Part shown: one piece after another, positions 31,408 through 43,883 of the stretch
Position numbering within the stretch: position 1 is the stretch's first letter
How the letters are laid out: every line of letters starts with the position of its first letter
NCBI GenBank assembly: GCA_963749495.1
Contig: CAVVMW010000015.1
Span: 128,001 to 192,000, forward strand
DNA from: an uncultured bacterium
GTDB lineage: Bacteria > Verrucomicrobiota > Verrucomicrobiia > Limisphaerales > UBA8199
Reading direction: 5' to 3'
Length of the DNA stretch: 64,000 nt
Made by a program: the position numbers and the translations under genes
The notes under the pieces: generated by a model
Told to the model about the DNA's origin: nothing
What the model saw: only the letters and a program-made list of their open reading frames with translations
Database searches by the model: none

Positions 31408-31587
31408 ATGCATTCTTGGGCTGGCACACCTGACGAGTCAGTCTTGCGGCAGGCCATGATGGCCTATCAGACGCAGGTTGTGCCTGACGGCCTTGGGCGG
31501 CTGCGGACTCGGCGCCGGAGCCCCTAGGCCTGCTCGGGCGAAAAAGCGCCTTGCCTGGGCGCACCTGGCAGGCTTAGGCTGCCGCCC

Positions 31588-32874
31588 ATGAATTCCTGCA
31601 CGCGTCGTCATTTTCTTCAGGGCGCCGCCGGCGCTGTTGTTTTAAGCCAGTTTCCGGCCGTGTTCCAGGCGGCCGAACCGGAGGGCGTGCTCAAGCTGGG
31701 CCTCATCGGCTGCGGTTGGTACGGGATGGTGGATCTCAAAGCCGCGCTCAAGCTGGGGGGCGTCGAGGTCATCGCCTTGTGCGACGTGGACAGCGAGCAT
31801 CTGGAGTCGAGCGCCGCGGAGGTCGAGAAGCTCCAGGGCCGGCGCCCGCGGACTTTCAAGCTCTATGAGGATCTCCTCAAGACGCCGGGCCTTCAGGCGG
31901 CCATTATCGCCACGCCGCCGCACTGGCACGCCCTGCAACTCATCGCCGCCTTGGAACACGGGCTGGATGTCTATTGCGAAAAGCCGCTGAGCTACGACGT
32001 GCGCGAGGGGCGGGCGATGGTCAATGCCGTGAAGCGCAGCGGGCGCATCGTCCAGATCGGCTTTCAGCGCCGCCACTCCGCGGCCTTCCAGGCCGTCCGC
32101 CAGCACGTCCAGGCCGGCGAGGCCGGACACATCGTCTGCGCCGACGCCAACATCCACTACGCCGCCGACACCAAAGACCCCACACCCCAGCCCCCGCCCG
32201 CCTCGCTGGACTGGGACCTCTGGTGCGGCCCGGGACCGAAGCTCCCCTACAGCCCGCAGGTCGGCCATGTCAACTGGCGCCTCGAGAAGGCCGTCGGCCA
32301 GGGCCACCTCGTCGATTGGGGCATCCACCTCATCGATGGGGCCCGGGTCATCCTCGACGAGGCCGCCCCGGTGAGCGTCACTGCCGCCGGCGGCCTCTAC
32401 GGTCTGCGGGGCAAGATCACCACGCCCGACGTGCTCAGCGTGCATTTCGATTTCGCCACTTGCCCGCTGACCTGGCGGCACCGCATCTGGGGCGCCGAGG
32501 AATACAGCCCGGAGACCGCCAACGGCATCTTCTTTTACGGCGAGAAGCAGACGGTGTTCGTAACCGACGACCGCTGGGAGGTCATCCCGCGCGGCAAGAG
32601 CAAGGAACGGCAGGTCCACAAGGCCGACGCCGATGCGGGGTCGCTGCACATGGCCGAATTCCTCAAGGCCGTGCGCGCGCGCCAGCAGCCGGGCTGCCTG
32701 GCCGAGGATGCCTATGCCTCGACCCTCGCAGTCAAGCTCGCCATGATCTCCTACGATACCGGCTCCAAGGTGGTCTGGGATGCCCGCCGCGAGCAGATCC
32801 TCTCCAACCCCGCCGCCGCCGCCCTCCTCAAACGCGACTACCGCCCCCCGTGGAAACACCCGTACCAGGGATGA
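31588..32874 (+). CDS. Gfo/Idh/MocA oxidoreductase with Tat signal
   Basis: TRRHFL, GLIGCGWYG, ATPPHWH, YCEKP, QIGFQRR, DWGIH. Confidence 0.94.
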   Translation: MNSCTRRHFLQGAAGAVVLSQFPAVFQAAEPEGVLKLGLIGCGWYGMVDLKAALKLGGVEVIALCDVDSEHLESSAAEVEKLQGRRPRTFKLYEDLLKTPGLQAAIIATPPHWHALQLIAALEHGLDVYCEKPLSYDVREGRAMVNAVKRSGRIVQIGFQRRHSAAFQAVRQHVQAGEAGHIVCADANIHYAADTKDPTPQPPPASLDWDLWCGPGPKLPYSPQVGHVNWRLEKAVGQGHLVDWGIHLIDGARVILDEAAPVSVTAAGGLYGLRGKITTPDVLSVHFDFATCPLTWRHRIWGAEEYSPETANGIFFYGEKQTVFVTDDRWEVIPRGKSKERQVHKADADAGSLHMAEFLKAVRARQQPGCLAEDAYASTLAVKLAMISYDTGSKVVWDARREQILSNPAAAALLKRDYRPPWKHPYQG

Positions 32875-33634
32875 TCCCATTGCCAATGACGAATGACGAA
32901 TGACGAATGACTGATCCCCACCGGTACGCGCTCGACGCCCGATCTCGGGGCCTCGAAGAGCGGATCAAAAACCGCGTTGTTTGCCGATTGCAGCAGGACC
33001 ACAACGATCAACGCCACCACCGAACCCGTGAGTACCCGGCCCGCAAACCCAAGGGTCACGGGCCGGCGGGTCCTCCAAAACCAGAATGCCCAAGCTCGTG
33101 GACAAAGAACGAACCCGCAATGGCGCAGATGAAGAGGGCCCAGAGCACTCGCCAAGATCTGCTACCCTCTCCTGATTGGGAGGCCGACGGGGATGTTCTG
33201 GGCCTATTGCCGGGACCAGCGCCCTCAGCCGCCCCATCCTTTGGCTCGGCGCTCACGTCCACTGCATCAGACCCCTGACTCAATTCAACGGGTTCGCTCA
33301 TCTTCTTTACAGACACGAAGGCACCCGCCGTTGTTTCACAAATTCAACCGGCGAGAGCAATCCTCCCAGGAAAGGGGGGCCAGCCCAAGCCATGGCTGAA
33401 CCCTTTTCTGATTGAACCCCAGCCTCTCCGCCACAACCGCCGCCCAAAGCCGGGAGAATGCGCCATCACGTTTGAGCAGCGGATTCGACGTTTCCATGAT
33501 TTCACTATGCGCGAAGAGGGAAGATTTGCCAATTCAATCGCAACGGTCTTCCTGGGCGCCCCGCGTTCTCGGGCGCATCTGGGCTTTGTCGGCCTTCCGC
33601 AAGCCGGGCAATTGGAGGGTGGCGCCGGGAAGCC

Positions 33635-33734
33635 CGCGAGGTTTTGGACTGCGCCAGTCCTCTGGCGCTTTACCGTCCCCAGGTTCCGAAAAGGGGTCCC
33701 GATCCATCGGGACCGCAGTCCAAAACGCTTCGCG
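33635..33734. repeat. REP-like inverted repeat
   Basis: GTTTTGGACTGCG ... CGCAGTCCAAAAC. Confidence 0.7.
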
Positions 33735-33948
33735 GCTTCGGACGCGCGCTCCAATCGCCCGGTTCGGCCGGGCTCGACAAAGATGAGATGCCTCCCGCGT
33801 TCTCTCTTGCAGTGGCCCGGGTGACGATGTGCTCAGCATAAGGGAGATGAACTGCCAAGCCCATGCGGAGTGACCATCGGAGTTATCGACACCCGACAAT
33901 CTCCCCCGTGGACCAGCAAATCAACCGGACGAACCCCACCTTCAACCT

Positions 33949-34203
33949 ATGCCCTCGACCATTCAGTTCCCGGAAATCCCAATCGGCCAGCATTTCGAAT
34001 TCCGTGGGCGCCGTTACCAGAAACTCACCCTCGGCATGGCCAGTGATGAAGACCGGAACGGCACCAGCTTTCATGCTCAAACCGAAGTTCTGCCTGCCCC
34101 TTTTGCTCTCCAGGCGTCGTCTCCGGAGGTCGCTCGTTTCCCCCAAGCCCACAAACCACAAACGACGCATTATCTGTCGTGGGGGTCCCAAATCCTCGCC
34201 TAA
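33949..34203 (+). CDS. Small hypothetical protein
   Basis: IQFPEIPIGQHFEFRGRRYQKLTLGMASDEDRNG, compact beta-rich N-terminus. Confidence 0.5.
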   Translation: MPSTIQFPEIPIGQHFEFRGRRYQKLTLGMASDEDRNGTSFHAQTEVLPAPFALQASSPEVARFPQAHKPQTTHYLSWGSQILA

Positions 34204-34266
34204 CGACCTTCCAATGCGAAGAAGATCAGGAGTATCAAGCTCGTGCCAACCGAGCAAAGATAGAGG

Positions 34267-34331
34267 ACCGCGGAACACGCGGAATACGCGGAAAGCCTTT
34301 TTTTTCCGCGTATTCCGCGTATTCCGCGGTT
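34267..34331. repeat. (CGCGGAATA)n inverted tandem repeat
   Basis: CCGCGGAACACGCGGAATACGCGG ... CCGCGTATTCCGCGTATTCCGCGG. Confidence 0.8.
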
Positions 34332-34339
34332 TCATGTGC

Positions 34340-34570
34340 GCCTGAAAGCGCGCTCGGACAGCAGGGTGAAAGTCCCTGAGCTGGCCGACACTGTATCCAG
34401 GTCAGTCGGCTTCTTCTCCCCATCCGCTGCGCTGTCGAAAGCCAGGTAAAAGGCCTCGACAGACGCATTCTCGCTTTCACTCCCGGTCAACCCTTCAGTG
34501 GCCTTGGCGAGTTGGACCACGTCGAAGTCCTGTGCATCTCGACCACGATTGGCGCAGACTTTGCGGCTTG
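34340..34570 (-). pseudogene. C-terminal remnant of a Ycf46-like AAA ATPase
   Basis: RGRDAQDFDVVQLAKATEGLTGSESENASVEAFYLAFD...PTDLD resembles the AAA lid domain. Confidence 0.55.
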
Positions 34571-34604
34571 ACTCAAAGGCCCGCTCCTCGCACCATCCGG
34601 CGTC

Positions 34605-35217
34605 ATGAGCAAAACCGCCGGCGTGTTCCAATACTTCTATCACTGCCGTGGAGAGAAGCTGCCCATCCGGGACGTTCTCGACACACAACATCAAGGGCCG
34701 AAGACTGAGCCCCATTATGAGAATCTGACCGAGAACTGGTGCACGAGCTGCGCCCGGTCCAGAATCCGCTCGGCAAACAAGCATGCCGTCGAGTTTCTTT
34801 TTTCTGATGACGCGGTATTTCAAGCCTGGCTCAAAGATGGACGGCGAGCGTATTGTTGTTGGATTTCTGCACCGAGCAAGGCCGGAGATCTGGGAGCGCC
34901 TCAACCATACATTACGACCTGGCGCTCGAAAGTATGATCGAAGAAAGCCGGCCCGCTGCGACTTCTTCGCCGGAGATGGCTTATCCCACTTCGTGACTGC
35001 GGAACACGGCTGCCGATTACAGGTCGCCAACTGTCGGTGGACGTGGAAATGTCCTGAGCAGCAGGCCAAGAACATCGTTGCTCGTCTTCGGAAGCACCCA
35101 AACATTCTCCCTCAATTGCAAAGGAGAGTGGAGCAGTTGAAGATCCAGGCTGGTTTGGGAGCCAAAGCAGATTCAACGAGAACGGCGAAGCCCTATGAAG
35201 ACAAATGCAATGCCTGA
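34605..35217 (+). CDS. Hypothetical protein, possibly Nmad2-like; frameshift in T-run near 34800
   Basis: KTEPHYENLTENWCTSCARSRIR..VEFLF joins LMTRYF..ERIVVGF if one T is removed; overlaps the next gene. Confidence 0.6.
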
Positions 35218-35959
35218 CCAACCACGAGTTGTCCTCTTAAGAGTTGGCGTGGATAGCGGAGAAGGCGGTATTCAGGGACCATTACTTGAAAATGGAGCGT
35301 TCGATTTTGTTCCAATACCTGACACGTGGAATCGGCACAACATCGTCCTTTATGGGAACACTCAGGGCCGCCACGGCCGCAATCTGTGCGAGTATTGGCC
35401 AGGCAAGCGGAAAGAGTCTTATCGCACCCATCCGATCCATTTCGATCCTGAGTTCAAGACGTTCACCTACGGAGACCCAACTCGCCCCAAGCAATCTCTT
35501 CGTTTTCTCCGAAGAGGCGATCTGCTCGTCTTTTACGCAGGGCTCCAACCGTGGTCACCGAAACGCGGATTTTACGGCGATCCACAGCTTTACATCATTG
35601 GCTACTTCGTGGTGAAGTATGCGGGACGCATCGGGGACATCTTCGCAATTCACACGCGGAGGAGCGTTGAAGCCGATTTCAGGAACTGCCACCATGTCGC
35701 CTTGGATAGCAACTACAGAAAGCGTGAGAGACTGATCTTGGTCAAAGGCGCACGCGAAAGCAGGCTCCTTGGAAAAGCGACTTTGCTGTCGGAGTATTCA
35801 AAGGACAGAAATGGGAAACGTATAAAGGTGCTTCGGGGGGTTCTGAAGCACCGTTTTGGAAAGCTGTCAGCAAGAAACTACCTGCAACGGAGCCCTCCCC
35901 GATGGGTCCCTGATGCGTTCTGCAGAAAAGCTTACTCGTTCGTGACGGGCCTGAAATGA
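35210..35959 (+). CDS. Nucleotide modification associated domain 3 (Nmad3)-like protein
   Basis: VLLRVGVDSGEGGIQGPLLENGAFDFVPIPD...HFDPEF.TFTYGD...LRRGDLLVFYAGL...LYIIGYF. Confidence 0.75.
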   Translation: MPDQPRVVLLRVGVDSGEGGIQGPLLENGAFDFVPIPDTWNRHNIVLYGNTQGRHGRNLCEYWPGKRKESYRTHPIHFDPEFKTFTYGDPTRPKQSLRFLRRGDLLVFYAGLQPWSPKRGFYGDPQLYIIGYFVVKYAGRIGDIFAIHTRRSVEADFRNCHHVALDSNYRKRERLILVKGARESRLLGKATLLSEYSKDRNGKRIKVLRGVLKHRFGKLSARNYLQRSPPRWVPDAFCRKAYSFVTGLK

Positions 35960-36156
35960 TGTCGTCCGGGCGTCAGCCACACTCGGAGATTGGAATCCCG
36001 GCTCAAATGTAAGCGAGAGAATTCCTCGGCACCCAACCTCCCCTCCACCTTCTCCAGCATTTCCTTCCTAAACTCCTCGCCGCCCAAACACCGCCCTGGC
36101 CCTGCTTGGCTGCGCCGTCGCCTGGGGCCGTTGTCCCGCCCCCCACAGGGTTTTGG

Positions 36157-38680
36157 CTAAGGGGCGGACGTGAAGAGGGCGCGATGGATGGGGGTGGGAT
36201 AGGGGACATCCGGGCCCTTTGCGGCGGCCCACAAGATCCGGTTCAAGGCGTCTTCGGGGGCGAGGTCGTAGGCACGGAAGTTCATGCGGGCGGACTGCTT
36301 GGCCCCTGGAGAGCTGGCGGTGTTCTTGGCCATGAGGTCCACACGGGGAGTCAGGGGTGTGAAAGGCATGAGCACAGCGGTCTTGGCGAAGCAGTTGAAC
36401 ATCGGGGTGGCGCCGGCATCGGTACTGAGTGAGGGGCGGCAGGCCGAGGATCAGTTCGATGGTGCGAACCATGCTGGCGGTGGTGTAGAGGGTGCTGTCG
36501 ACGGCGCCGCGCTTGCAGTAGGGGCTGATGACCAGGCCGGCCGTGCGGTGGGCGTCCACATGGTCGGGCCCATTTTGGGCGTCGTCCTCGATGACGAAGA
36601 TGGCCATCTCTTTCCAGAAACGGCTATGGGTGGCGGCCTCGACGATGCGGCCCAGGCCGATGTCATTGCTGGCGACGCAGGCATCGGGGGTGAAAGCGCC
36701 GGGCCGGGTGCCTTGGGTGTGGTTTTCTCCCAGCGACATGATGGTGAATTGAGGCGGGACACCGCCGGTCTGTTCGGCCTTTCGGAGATCTTCGATCCAG
36801 AACCTGACGCGGTCCATGTCACGGCTTCCGCTCCAACGCCCGCGATTGGCGGAGGGCACACGCATGGCGGCTTCTCCATAATTCATGGAGCTCACGCCGT
36901 GGCGTTTGCACAGATCCCAAAGGTATCCGGCGGCAGGCGTCTCCATTTCGTAGTTGCCGGGGATTTTGCCGTGACCCGAGTAGGAGAGGATCCAGGAGCG
37001 TTGGTTGTAATCGGTGGCGATGGCGGCGTCGCACCAGCTATGGCCGTCCACGCTGACCTCGCCGTTGCAGTAAAGGTTGTCCAGCAGGACGTAATCGCGC
37101 GCGATTTGGTGCTGGTTGGGGGTCACGTTCTCGCCGTAGATCGCCAGGTCCGGGTCGCCATTGCCGGCAGGCTGGCCTTTGGCGTCGCGAAAGTCGCCGA
37201 AAACCTGGTCGTAAGTGCGGTTTTCCTTGATGATGTAGAGGACGTATTTGATGGGGCAGGGATTGCCGACTTTGTCCGGGATGACGGAATCGCTTTGGAT
37301 GGGTGCGCGATGGAATTGGCCCGGCGTGTAAGGCGAGTTGAGCCGCACCTGCTCCGTGTAAGCGGCCATCGCGGCCGCCTCGGGACGGTGGATGAAGGAG
37401 ACGGCCCCGGCGAAGGTGCGGCCGATGTAGTCGAACGGCGGTGGTTTGTGCAGCTTCGTAGCGTTCGGAGTGATGGGCGGAACGTTGGCCCGGGAGGCCA
37501 GGCCCTTGCCGTTGGCGACAAACAATGTCTTGTTGTCGGGGCTCACCGCGACCGCAGTAGGATACCAGCCGACTGGGATGAAGCCTTCCACGACCGAGAC
37601 CGATTCGCCGTTGCGGGCGGTCTCCTCGGAGATGGAGTTCGAGATGTCCACGACCATCACGCAGTTGTTGTCCGCGTTGGCGACGAAGAGGGTGCGTCCA
37701 TCCGGGGAGACCGCGACGCCATCGGGCGTGCTGCCTTCGGGGGAGTCCGGGTAGAGGGAAGTGGAGATGATCTCGCGGGTGCGCTCGGGCAGACGCCGGC
37801 TGGGGCTGGCGCCCGGTTCTGCGGGTTGCAGGCGGCGCGTCTGGATGACATGGACCGTGTTGTCGCCGCCGCAGGCTACGAAGAGCCGGCCATCCGGGGC
37901 GAGCGCCATATCCGTGGGCCGCAGCCCGACGGTGATTTCCCCGACTCGACCCCCTTTTTCTGTATCCACTACGCTCACGGTGCGGCTGCCCCAGTCGCTG
38001 ACGTACAAATGCCGATGGTCCGCGCCGAAGACGCAGGTGTGAGGGTGCAGGCCCACCGGGATGGTCGTTTGCAGCGCCAGGGTGCCCGGGTCGAGCACCC
38101 AGATCTCGTGGTTGCCTTCGTTGCAGGCATAGAGTTTTCCCGTGTCAGGATTAACGGCCAGTCCAGCCAGGAAGACCTCCTTCCCGGAGGAGGAGGAGGA
38201 GGGCGCCACGGAGCGGTCCAGGCTGGCCTCGCCGTTGGCGTACTTGAAGACATGGAGCTTGCCCGAGTCGCCACCGGAGACAAAAAACTGTTTGCCGTCG
38301 GCACTGAATGCCAAGCCGTTCCAGGTCTCCGTGAGCGGAAGGAACTGGGCTTCCTTGCGATTGGCAATATCGATGAGAGTGACACCGTGCCTAGTAAACC
38401 CGCCATGCACGCCCACAAGCCGCTTCTTGTCGGGCGAAACGACCAGCTTGAGGGCCAGGTCGCTCACCGGCACCTGCTCCCCTGCGGGGGTGACACCCCA
38501 ACCATTGAACAGGAGGTTTTGATTCGGCTTGAGGCCTGACTTAAGGCGAACGCCGGGAGCATTGACGTCTTCAGTCGGCTGGCGGACTGGCTGGACATCA
38601 GCCGCAATCATCCGCGACGCAGCCGCCAGGGCAATGGAGGCAGGCGCCAAGGCCCGCACGATGACTTTCACTCGGTTCAT
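36157..38680 (-). CDS. YVTN/YncE beta-propeller plus phosphoesterase (alkaline phosphatase superfamily), frameshift near 36420
   Basis: Propeller repeats (IPVGLHP, IPVGWYPTAVAVSPD), YIIKENRTYDQVFGD, EDDAQNGPDHVDAHR; C-terminus LNRILW in another frame. Confidence 0.9.
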
Positions 38681-39013
38681 AGACGAATATTACATGAATT
38701 CGCCCGGAATATAAAGCCTAAATGTGGTGACAAACGGGTGACGAAACGCTGGCGCCCGAGAGGTTTACGATCCGCACGGAAACCTCGCCCAGCGAATCGG
38801 TCCTTCACTCGGATGACAATGCAACTTTCTTCCATCAACCCGACCCCTGACCAGGTTCTGCAAATCCTCGATCAATGTGGGATTCGGCGCTTGACACGCT
38901 TCACTGCGTTGATACAATCCAGCCAATAGGTATCGGACAACGAAGTGCTCTCCACACGCGAGCGGTCAGAGGCCGATTTCTGACAGGGTGAAGACAACGA
39001 CAATGAGGTCTTG

Positions 39014-40084
39014 ATGAAAGCATTATCGATTGCAGTCGTGATCGCAGGGCTTTCCTGTGGAGCCCTCGGCCAGGGATGGTTCGAGTTGGACAACTCGAGG
39101 CTGAACCCTGTTGTCGTCGCCGACGCGCCGGGCGGCCCGTACAATGGGGTCTTTGGCCTGGAAGTCTATGAACTCAACGGTACTAATTCGGACCTCGTGG
39201 ACGCCCTGAATTGGTCAGGAGACTATGACAGCCTCATCCAGAACGGTTTCCATATCGAGGCGACTTACACCAACCAGACCATGAGCCGCGGTCTTTTGCA
39301 GCTCGGCGCATGCCGCCTGCCCGATGTCTCCCCTGCCGGCCGTACCGTTACGGTGGCTCTGGTGCTCTGGGGCAGTAGCGCCAAAAGCTACGGGGCCTTT
39401 CTTGCAGATGCAAACTATCCTGGGCTAACCGGCATCATTGCCTTCACGCAACCAACCACGGATTATACTTCGCCTTCGCAACCCAGCCCGCCGCCGATGG
39501 CTTGGACCAGGGACGAGGACTGGGTTCTCTACTGTATTTGTACCCGGCCGCCGGTGATTGGCAGGCAGCCGCAAGACGCCGCCTCCGTGCCCGGAGGCAC
39601 GGCGGCCTTCGCCGTCCTTGTCGCCAGCCCCTTTCCCCCTAGGCTATTAAACTATTATTGGCTCTTCAATGGCAACAAGCTCCCGGCCACGGCCTACACG
39701 TCCCTGGTGTCCACCAACCCAACCTTCCCCGACTTGATAACCTACTCGCTCATCCTCACCAACGTCCAGTTGACCAATGCCGGCCAGTACTCCTTTGTTG
39801 GCACGAATTTGCTTGGGGATCTGTATGGCAGTGTCGTCAGCTCCAATGCTCTGCTGACTGTCTTGCCGCCACCGAACCTGTCTATCGCGCCCTCGGCCCA
39901 AGGCGTTACCCTTTCCTGGCCGATCTGGGCGACCAATTACGCCCTGCAAGAGACTGACAATTTGGGTGTGCCGATGACAACCTGGTCCAACCTGGCCGTC
40001 AGCCCGGTGCTCGGCACCAACGACATCTGTGTCACTCTGCAATCGGCCGCCAGCCACAAATTCTACCGGCTGCGAACGCGGTAA
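39014..40084 (+). CDS. Secreted Ig-domain protein with C-terminal FYRL-type domain
   Basis: Signal peptide, PPVIGRQPQD..GGTAAF..Y.WLFNG..NAGQYS, ends KFYRLRTR. Confidence 0.85.
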   Translation: MKALSIAVVIAGLSCGALGQGWFELDNSRLNPVVVADAPGGPYNGVFGLEVYELNGTNSDLVDALNWSGDYDSLIQNGFHIEATYTNQTMSRGLLQLGACRLPDVSPAGRTVTVALVLWGSSAKSYGAFLADANYPGLTGIIAFTQPTTDYTSPSQPSPPPMAWTRDEDWVLYCICTRPPVIGRQPQDAASVPGGTAAFAVLVASPFPPRLLNYYWLFNGNKLPATAYTSLVSTNPTFPDLITYSLILTNVQLTNAGQYSFVGTNLLGDLYGSVVSSNALLTVLPPPNLSIAPSAQGVTLSWPIWATNYALQETDNLGVPMTTWSNLAVSPVLGTNDICVTLQSAASHKFYRLRTR

Positions 40085-40504
40085 CGACCTTTAGAACGGA
40101 CGCTTGGGCCTTGAGAGCATGGATTTGAGCGTTGTTGAGTGGAACCAAGGAGAAGAAGATGCTCGACAAACCGGCCAATTGCCGCAGGCTGGCTTCGAAA
40201 TTGGCATCCGGCTGGCGAATCACGTTCATGTGGGCCGAGGTTAGAGGAAGGCCGGGCCAAAGTCAAAACCGGGTCATGGCAGCCGCGATTGGAGAAGCGA
40301 AAGAGAGTCGCGCAGCCAGGGCTCTGCTCGGGGGTGGTTTGCGGTTGCCCCGAGGGAGCTTCGGAGCCAGAATCCAGGGGTGATCACTCGCTTCAAGCGC
40401 ATGCTGGTTGACTTCATTATTGGGCTGGTAATTTGCTTCGATTCCGAGGCCGCCAAAGCCGGGGGCGAAATAAATAACGGGCCGAATTTGCCGCACGTTG
40501 TTGG

Positions 40505-42854
40505 GTGAACGCTTTCCGAAAAAAAACCCTTTTGCCTCTGCTTGGCCTCGGTCCTGCTTGGGACTGCCTTGTTGCTGCCGCGGCTTGCGCGCACGTTGTT
40601 TTCCGAGGACGATTCCACCCCCTCCGACCGCGGCGTTCAGGAAGTCGCAGCGCGAAAGGCGAAACTCGAAGCCAGGGAGCAGGCGGCTGACAAGAATTAC
40701 TGGGCCAAAGAGATGCTCGCGCAGAGTTGTGGCCGGACTTTTGAAGACCTTTGGGATTCGCTGAACGCCGCCGGCAACAAACTGAGCCTCATAGCGGCAT
40801 TTCCCCTGGGGGAGATTGTCACCGCAAGATGGGGTCCCGCGCAACTTCTGCCTCATGGCATTGAACTGCGCCAGGGGATAGGCCATGGCCCTGCCTTTTC
40901 CGCTGGTCAATGGCGGCAGTGGGTTGAACAGTTGGAGCGCGAGGGCTGGCAACTTGAGAATATCGAGTTTCGCCATAACCGCTTTGACACCGACAAAAAC
41001 AGCCGGCCGTGGCGAAGCCATTTCTTTTTCTCGGCCCACCTCTGCAATCCTGGACATTCTCAACGGGCCAGCCTGGATGGTGACCTGGTGGTGGACTGGG
41101 CGGCCAAGCGGCCGGGCGAAGAATTCCCTCCCGTGAAGCGAATCGATGCCAGCCATCTCGAGCTGAAAACACGGGTCGGGGAGCCGCCTTTTCAACTGAT
41201 CTTGCAGGACACGATCGTTCCGCTCGGCAGGGGCGCGTACATCGATCCGCTGATCCTCTACGACCTCGACGGCGACGGCTTGCCGGAGATCATTCTGGCG
41301 GCCAGGAACCTGGTCTATCGCCGGCACGGCCCAGATCGTTACCAGGCCGAGCCATTGTGCCGTTACCCGCCCGAGTTCATCACCAGCGCCCTGATTGCCG
41401 ACTTCGACGGGGACGGAGTCGCGGATTTCCTGTGTGCCAACTCCCGCGGGCTGTTTCTGTTCAAAGGGAGCGCCGGAGGGCATTTTGACGAGCCCGGCCG
41501 GCTGGTTTGGCCTGCCAACCCGCCCTTGAAAAACGCGATGGTGCTAACCTGCGGCGACATCGACGGGGACGGCTCACTGGACCTCTTTCTGGGCCAATAC
41601 AAAGTCCCCACCCTTGGCCAGGTTCTCCGGCCGTATTACTACGATGCGAATGACGGCTGGCCAGCCTATCTGTTGCGTAACGATGGCCATGGGAGTTTCA
41701 GCGACGTGACCGAGGCTGCCGGGCTGGGTCCGAAACGGTGGCGCCGCACGTACAGCGCTTCCTTGGCCGACCTGCATGGCGATGGCCACGCGGACCTGGT
41801 GGTTGTGAGTGACTTTGCCGGCCTTGATCTCTACCAAAATGACGGTCATGGCCACTTCACCGACGTGACCCGCCAGTGGGTCGCCGAGCCGCACGCTTTC
41901 GGGATGGCGCATGCCCTGGCGGATTTCAATGGGGATGGCAGGCTGGACCTGCTCATGATCGGGATGCCCTCGCCCACCGTGGACCGATTGGAACACCTGG
42001 ATTTGTGGCGGCCCTACTCCGCCGAGGATCGGCTGCGGCGGCCAGCGATGGCGTTCGGGAACCGGCTCTATCTGGCGCGGCCCGGGGGCGGGTTCGAGCA
42101 AACGGCCCTAAACGATTCTATCGCCCGCTCCGGCTGGTCCTGGGGGTGCAGCGCATTTGATTTCGACAACGACGGTTTTCCAGATGTCTATATCGCCAAT
42201 GGCCTCGAGAGCAAGCAGTCGGTCCGAGACTACGAGCCGATGTTCTGGCTGCACGATATTTTTGTCGATGAAACCACCGATGCCACGGCCGCAAGCGGTT
42301 ACTTCATGGACCAATTCAGCCGCACCCGAGGCCAGGGCTGGTCCTACGGCGGTTATGAAAAGAATCGGCTGTTCCTGAACCAGCGTGGCGAATCGTTTGT
42401 CGAGATTGGCCACCTGGCAGGCGTGGCCCTCGAACAGGATTGCCGCAACGTGGTGGCGGACGATCTCGACGGTGACGGCCGGGTGGACCTGGTCGTCACC
42501 ACCCTGGAGGCATGGCCGGAAGCCAAGCAGACCCTGCGGATCTATAAAAACACATTGAATGACGGCGGCCACTGGATCGGGTTCCGGTTCCGTGAAGAGG
42601 GCAAGGGAAAATCACCGGTCGGCGCACGTGTGACGATTCATTACCCGGGTCGCAGCGCGACTGCGCAGATTGTGACGGGAGATTCCCACCGGTCGCAACA
42701 TTCCAATGCCATCCATTTCGGGCTAGGCGCCGCGGACCGGGTGGATCGAGCGGAAATTGCGTGGGCAAACGGCTCAAGGGTTACCCTGCGGGCGCCCGCC
42801 GTGGATGAGTACCATCTGATTCGCGCCCCAGCCGGGAGTCCGGATCTGAAATGA
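40505..42854 (+). CDS. CRTAC1/ASPIC-UnbV family FG-GAP repeat protein (probable indel near 40520-40530)
   Basis: Multiple D.DGDG..D repeats, WSWG..FDFDNDG.PD.Y.ANG, C-terminal VGARV...HFGLG...W.NG. Confidence 0.9.
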
Positions 42855-43013
42855 TGGAGCCCACTGAGGAGGCCGCGGGAAACGCTACACTGGGAACCCC
42901 TCTCCCCCTGCCCTCTTCCCGCTCGTTCCTCGCGGGGCGAGGGAGAAGACGCCGGCGCCTGCGTTTTTGGAAGAGTTCGATTTGTAGTCCATGTTGCGGA
43001 CTCCTCAGCAGGT

Positions 43014-43883
43014 TCAGCGCAACATATAGCCAGTGCGGGCGATATACCACTGGACATCGACTCTCCCAGCGGCATCGAAGGGAATCGGGGATATGCCATC
43101 GGTGTATCTGACGGTGTACATGGAGGTTCTGCTTCTCCACTTGTGAACTTCAGCATGTCCATCGGCGAAGGAGAATCCACACGCGCCGTTGTGATAAGAC
43201 GCCGGGGTATCGCCCCACTCGGTGGCGTTAACAGCGCTCAGAATGAAAAACCCGTCGTTGATGGAGTCGGCCTGTTCATCCAATGTGATCCAGGTCATGG
43301 CCGGCTGGCGAACGTCGCCTTGTCTGAGATACTGGACATAACCTTGGTTGAACCAGGCCTCGCCGTTGCTGTCGTTGGGTTCACTGTCACCGCTGTAGCC
43401 GAACAGGGCATTCATGGAATTACTCCGCAATCGCGCCTTCCAACCCATCGAACGCTGTGCTGGGCTTACGTAAATATCCGCCGGGCACTTGTAAATCCCC
43501 AGAGCGCTGGCAGTGTATTTGGCGAGCAAGCCGTTCTTAACCCAAGCCTCGTTCGTGTTGCTCATGTCATCGACTGAACCGCTCGTAGTCCATGTCATTA
43601 TATTGTTGACCCAGTTGTCGAACGTCTTCTTGCTAATGGCGTCTTCGGTGCCGGGGACAGTGAAATTATTGCACACCCGATCCCTAAAGTCCAACGAATA
43701 CATGGTCCACGCCGTGATCAACTGCTTATTATTACTTATGCACTGGATGCCTTGGGCTTTTGCCTTGGCCTTGCTCAAGGCAGGCAACAGCATCGCGGCC
43801 AGGATCGCAATGATGGCAATGACGACGAGCAACTCGATCAGGGTGAAGGCTCGTGCAGCACGGGAATTCGATAGGGCGTTCAT
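43014..43883 (-). CDS. Prepilin-type N-terminal cleavage/methylation protein with H-X9-DG motif
   Basis: [44 protein letters not shown]. Confidence 0.93.
   Translation of the reverse strand: MNALSNSRAARAFTLIELLVVIAIIAILAAMLLPALSKAKAKAQGIQCISNNKQLITAWTMYSLDFRDRVCNNFTVPGTEDAISKKTFDNWVNNIMTWTTSGSVDDMSNTNEAWVKNGLLAKYTASALGIYKCPADIYVSPAQRSMGWKARLRSNSMNALFGYSGDSEPNDSNGEAWFNQGYVQYLRQGDVRQPAMTWITLDEQADSINDGFFILSAVNATEWGDTPASYHNGACGFSFADGHAEVHKWRSRTSMYTVRYTDGISPIPFDAAGRVDVQWYIARTGYMLR

Noticed and set aside
32900..33500. VHELGH-containing membrane ORF and neighbouring stub
   Set aside because: Broken across frames and short; likely decayed fragments
38819..38929. Possible DarT-like N-terminal stub (CGIRRLTRFT)
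   Set aside because: Too short and degenerate to support
40150..40229. Possible hisD 5' fragment (MNVIRQPDANFEASLRQL)
   Set aside because: Resemblance rests on memory of about 25 residues; not supportable without a search
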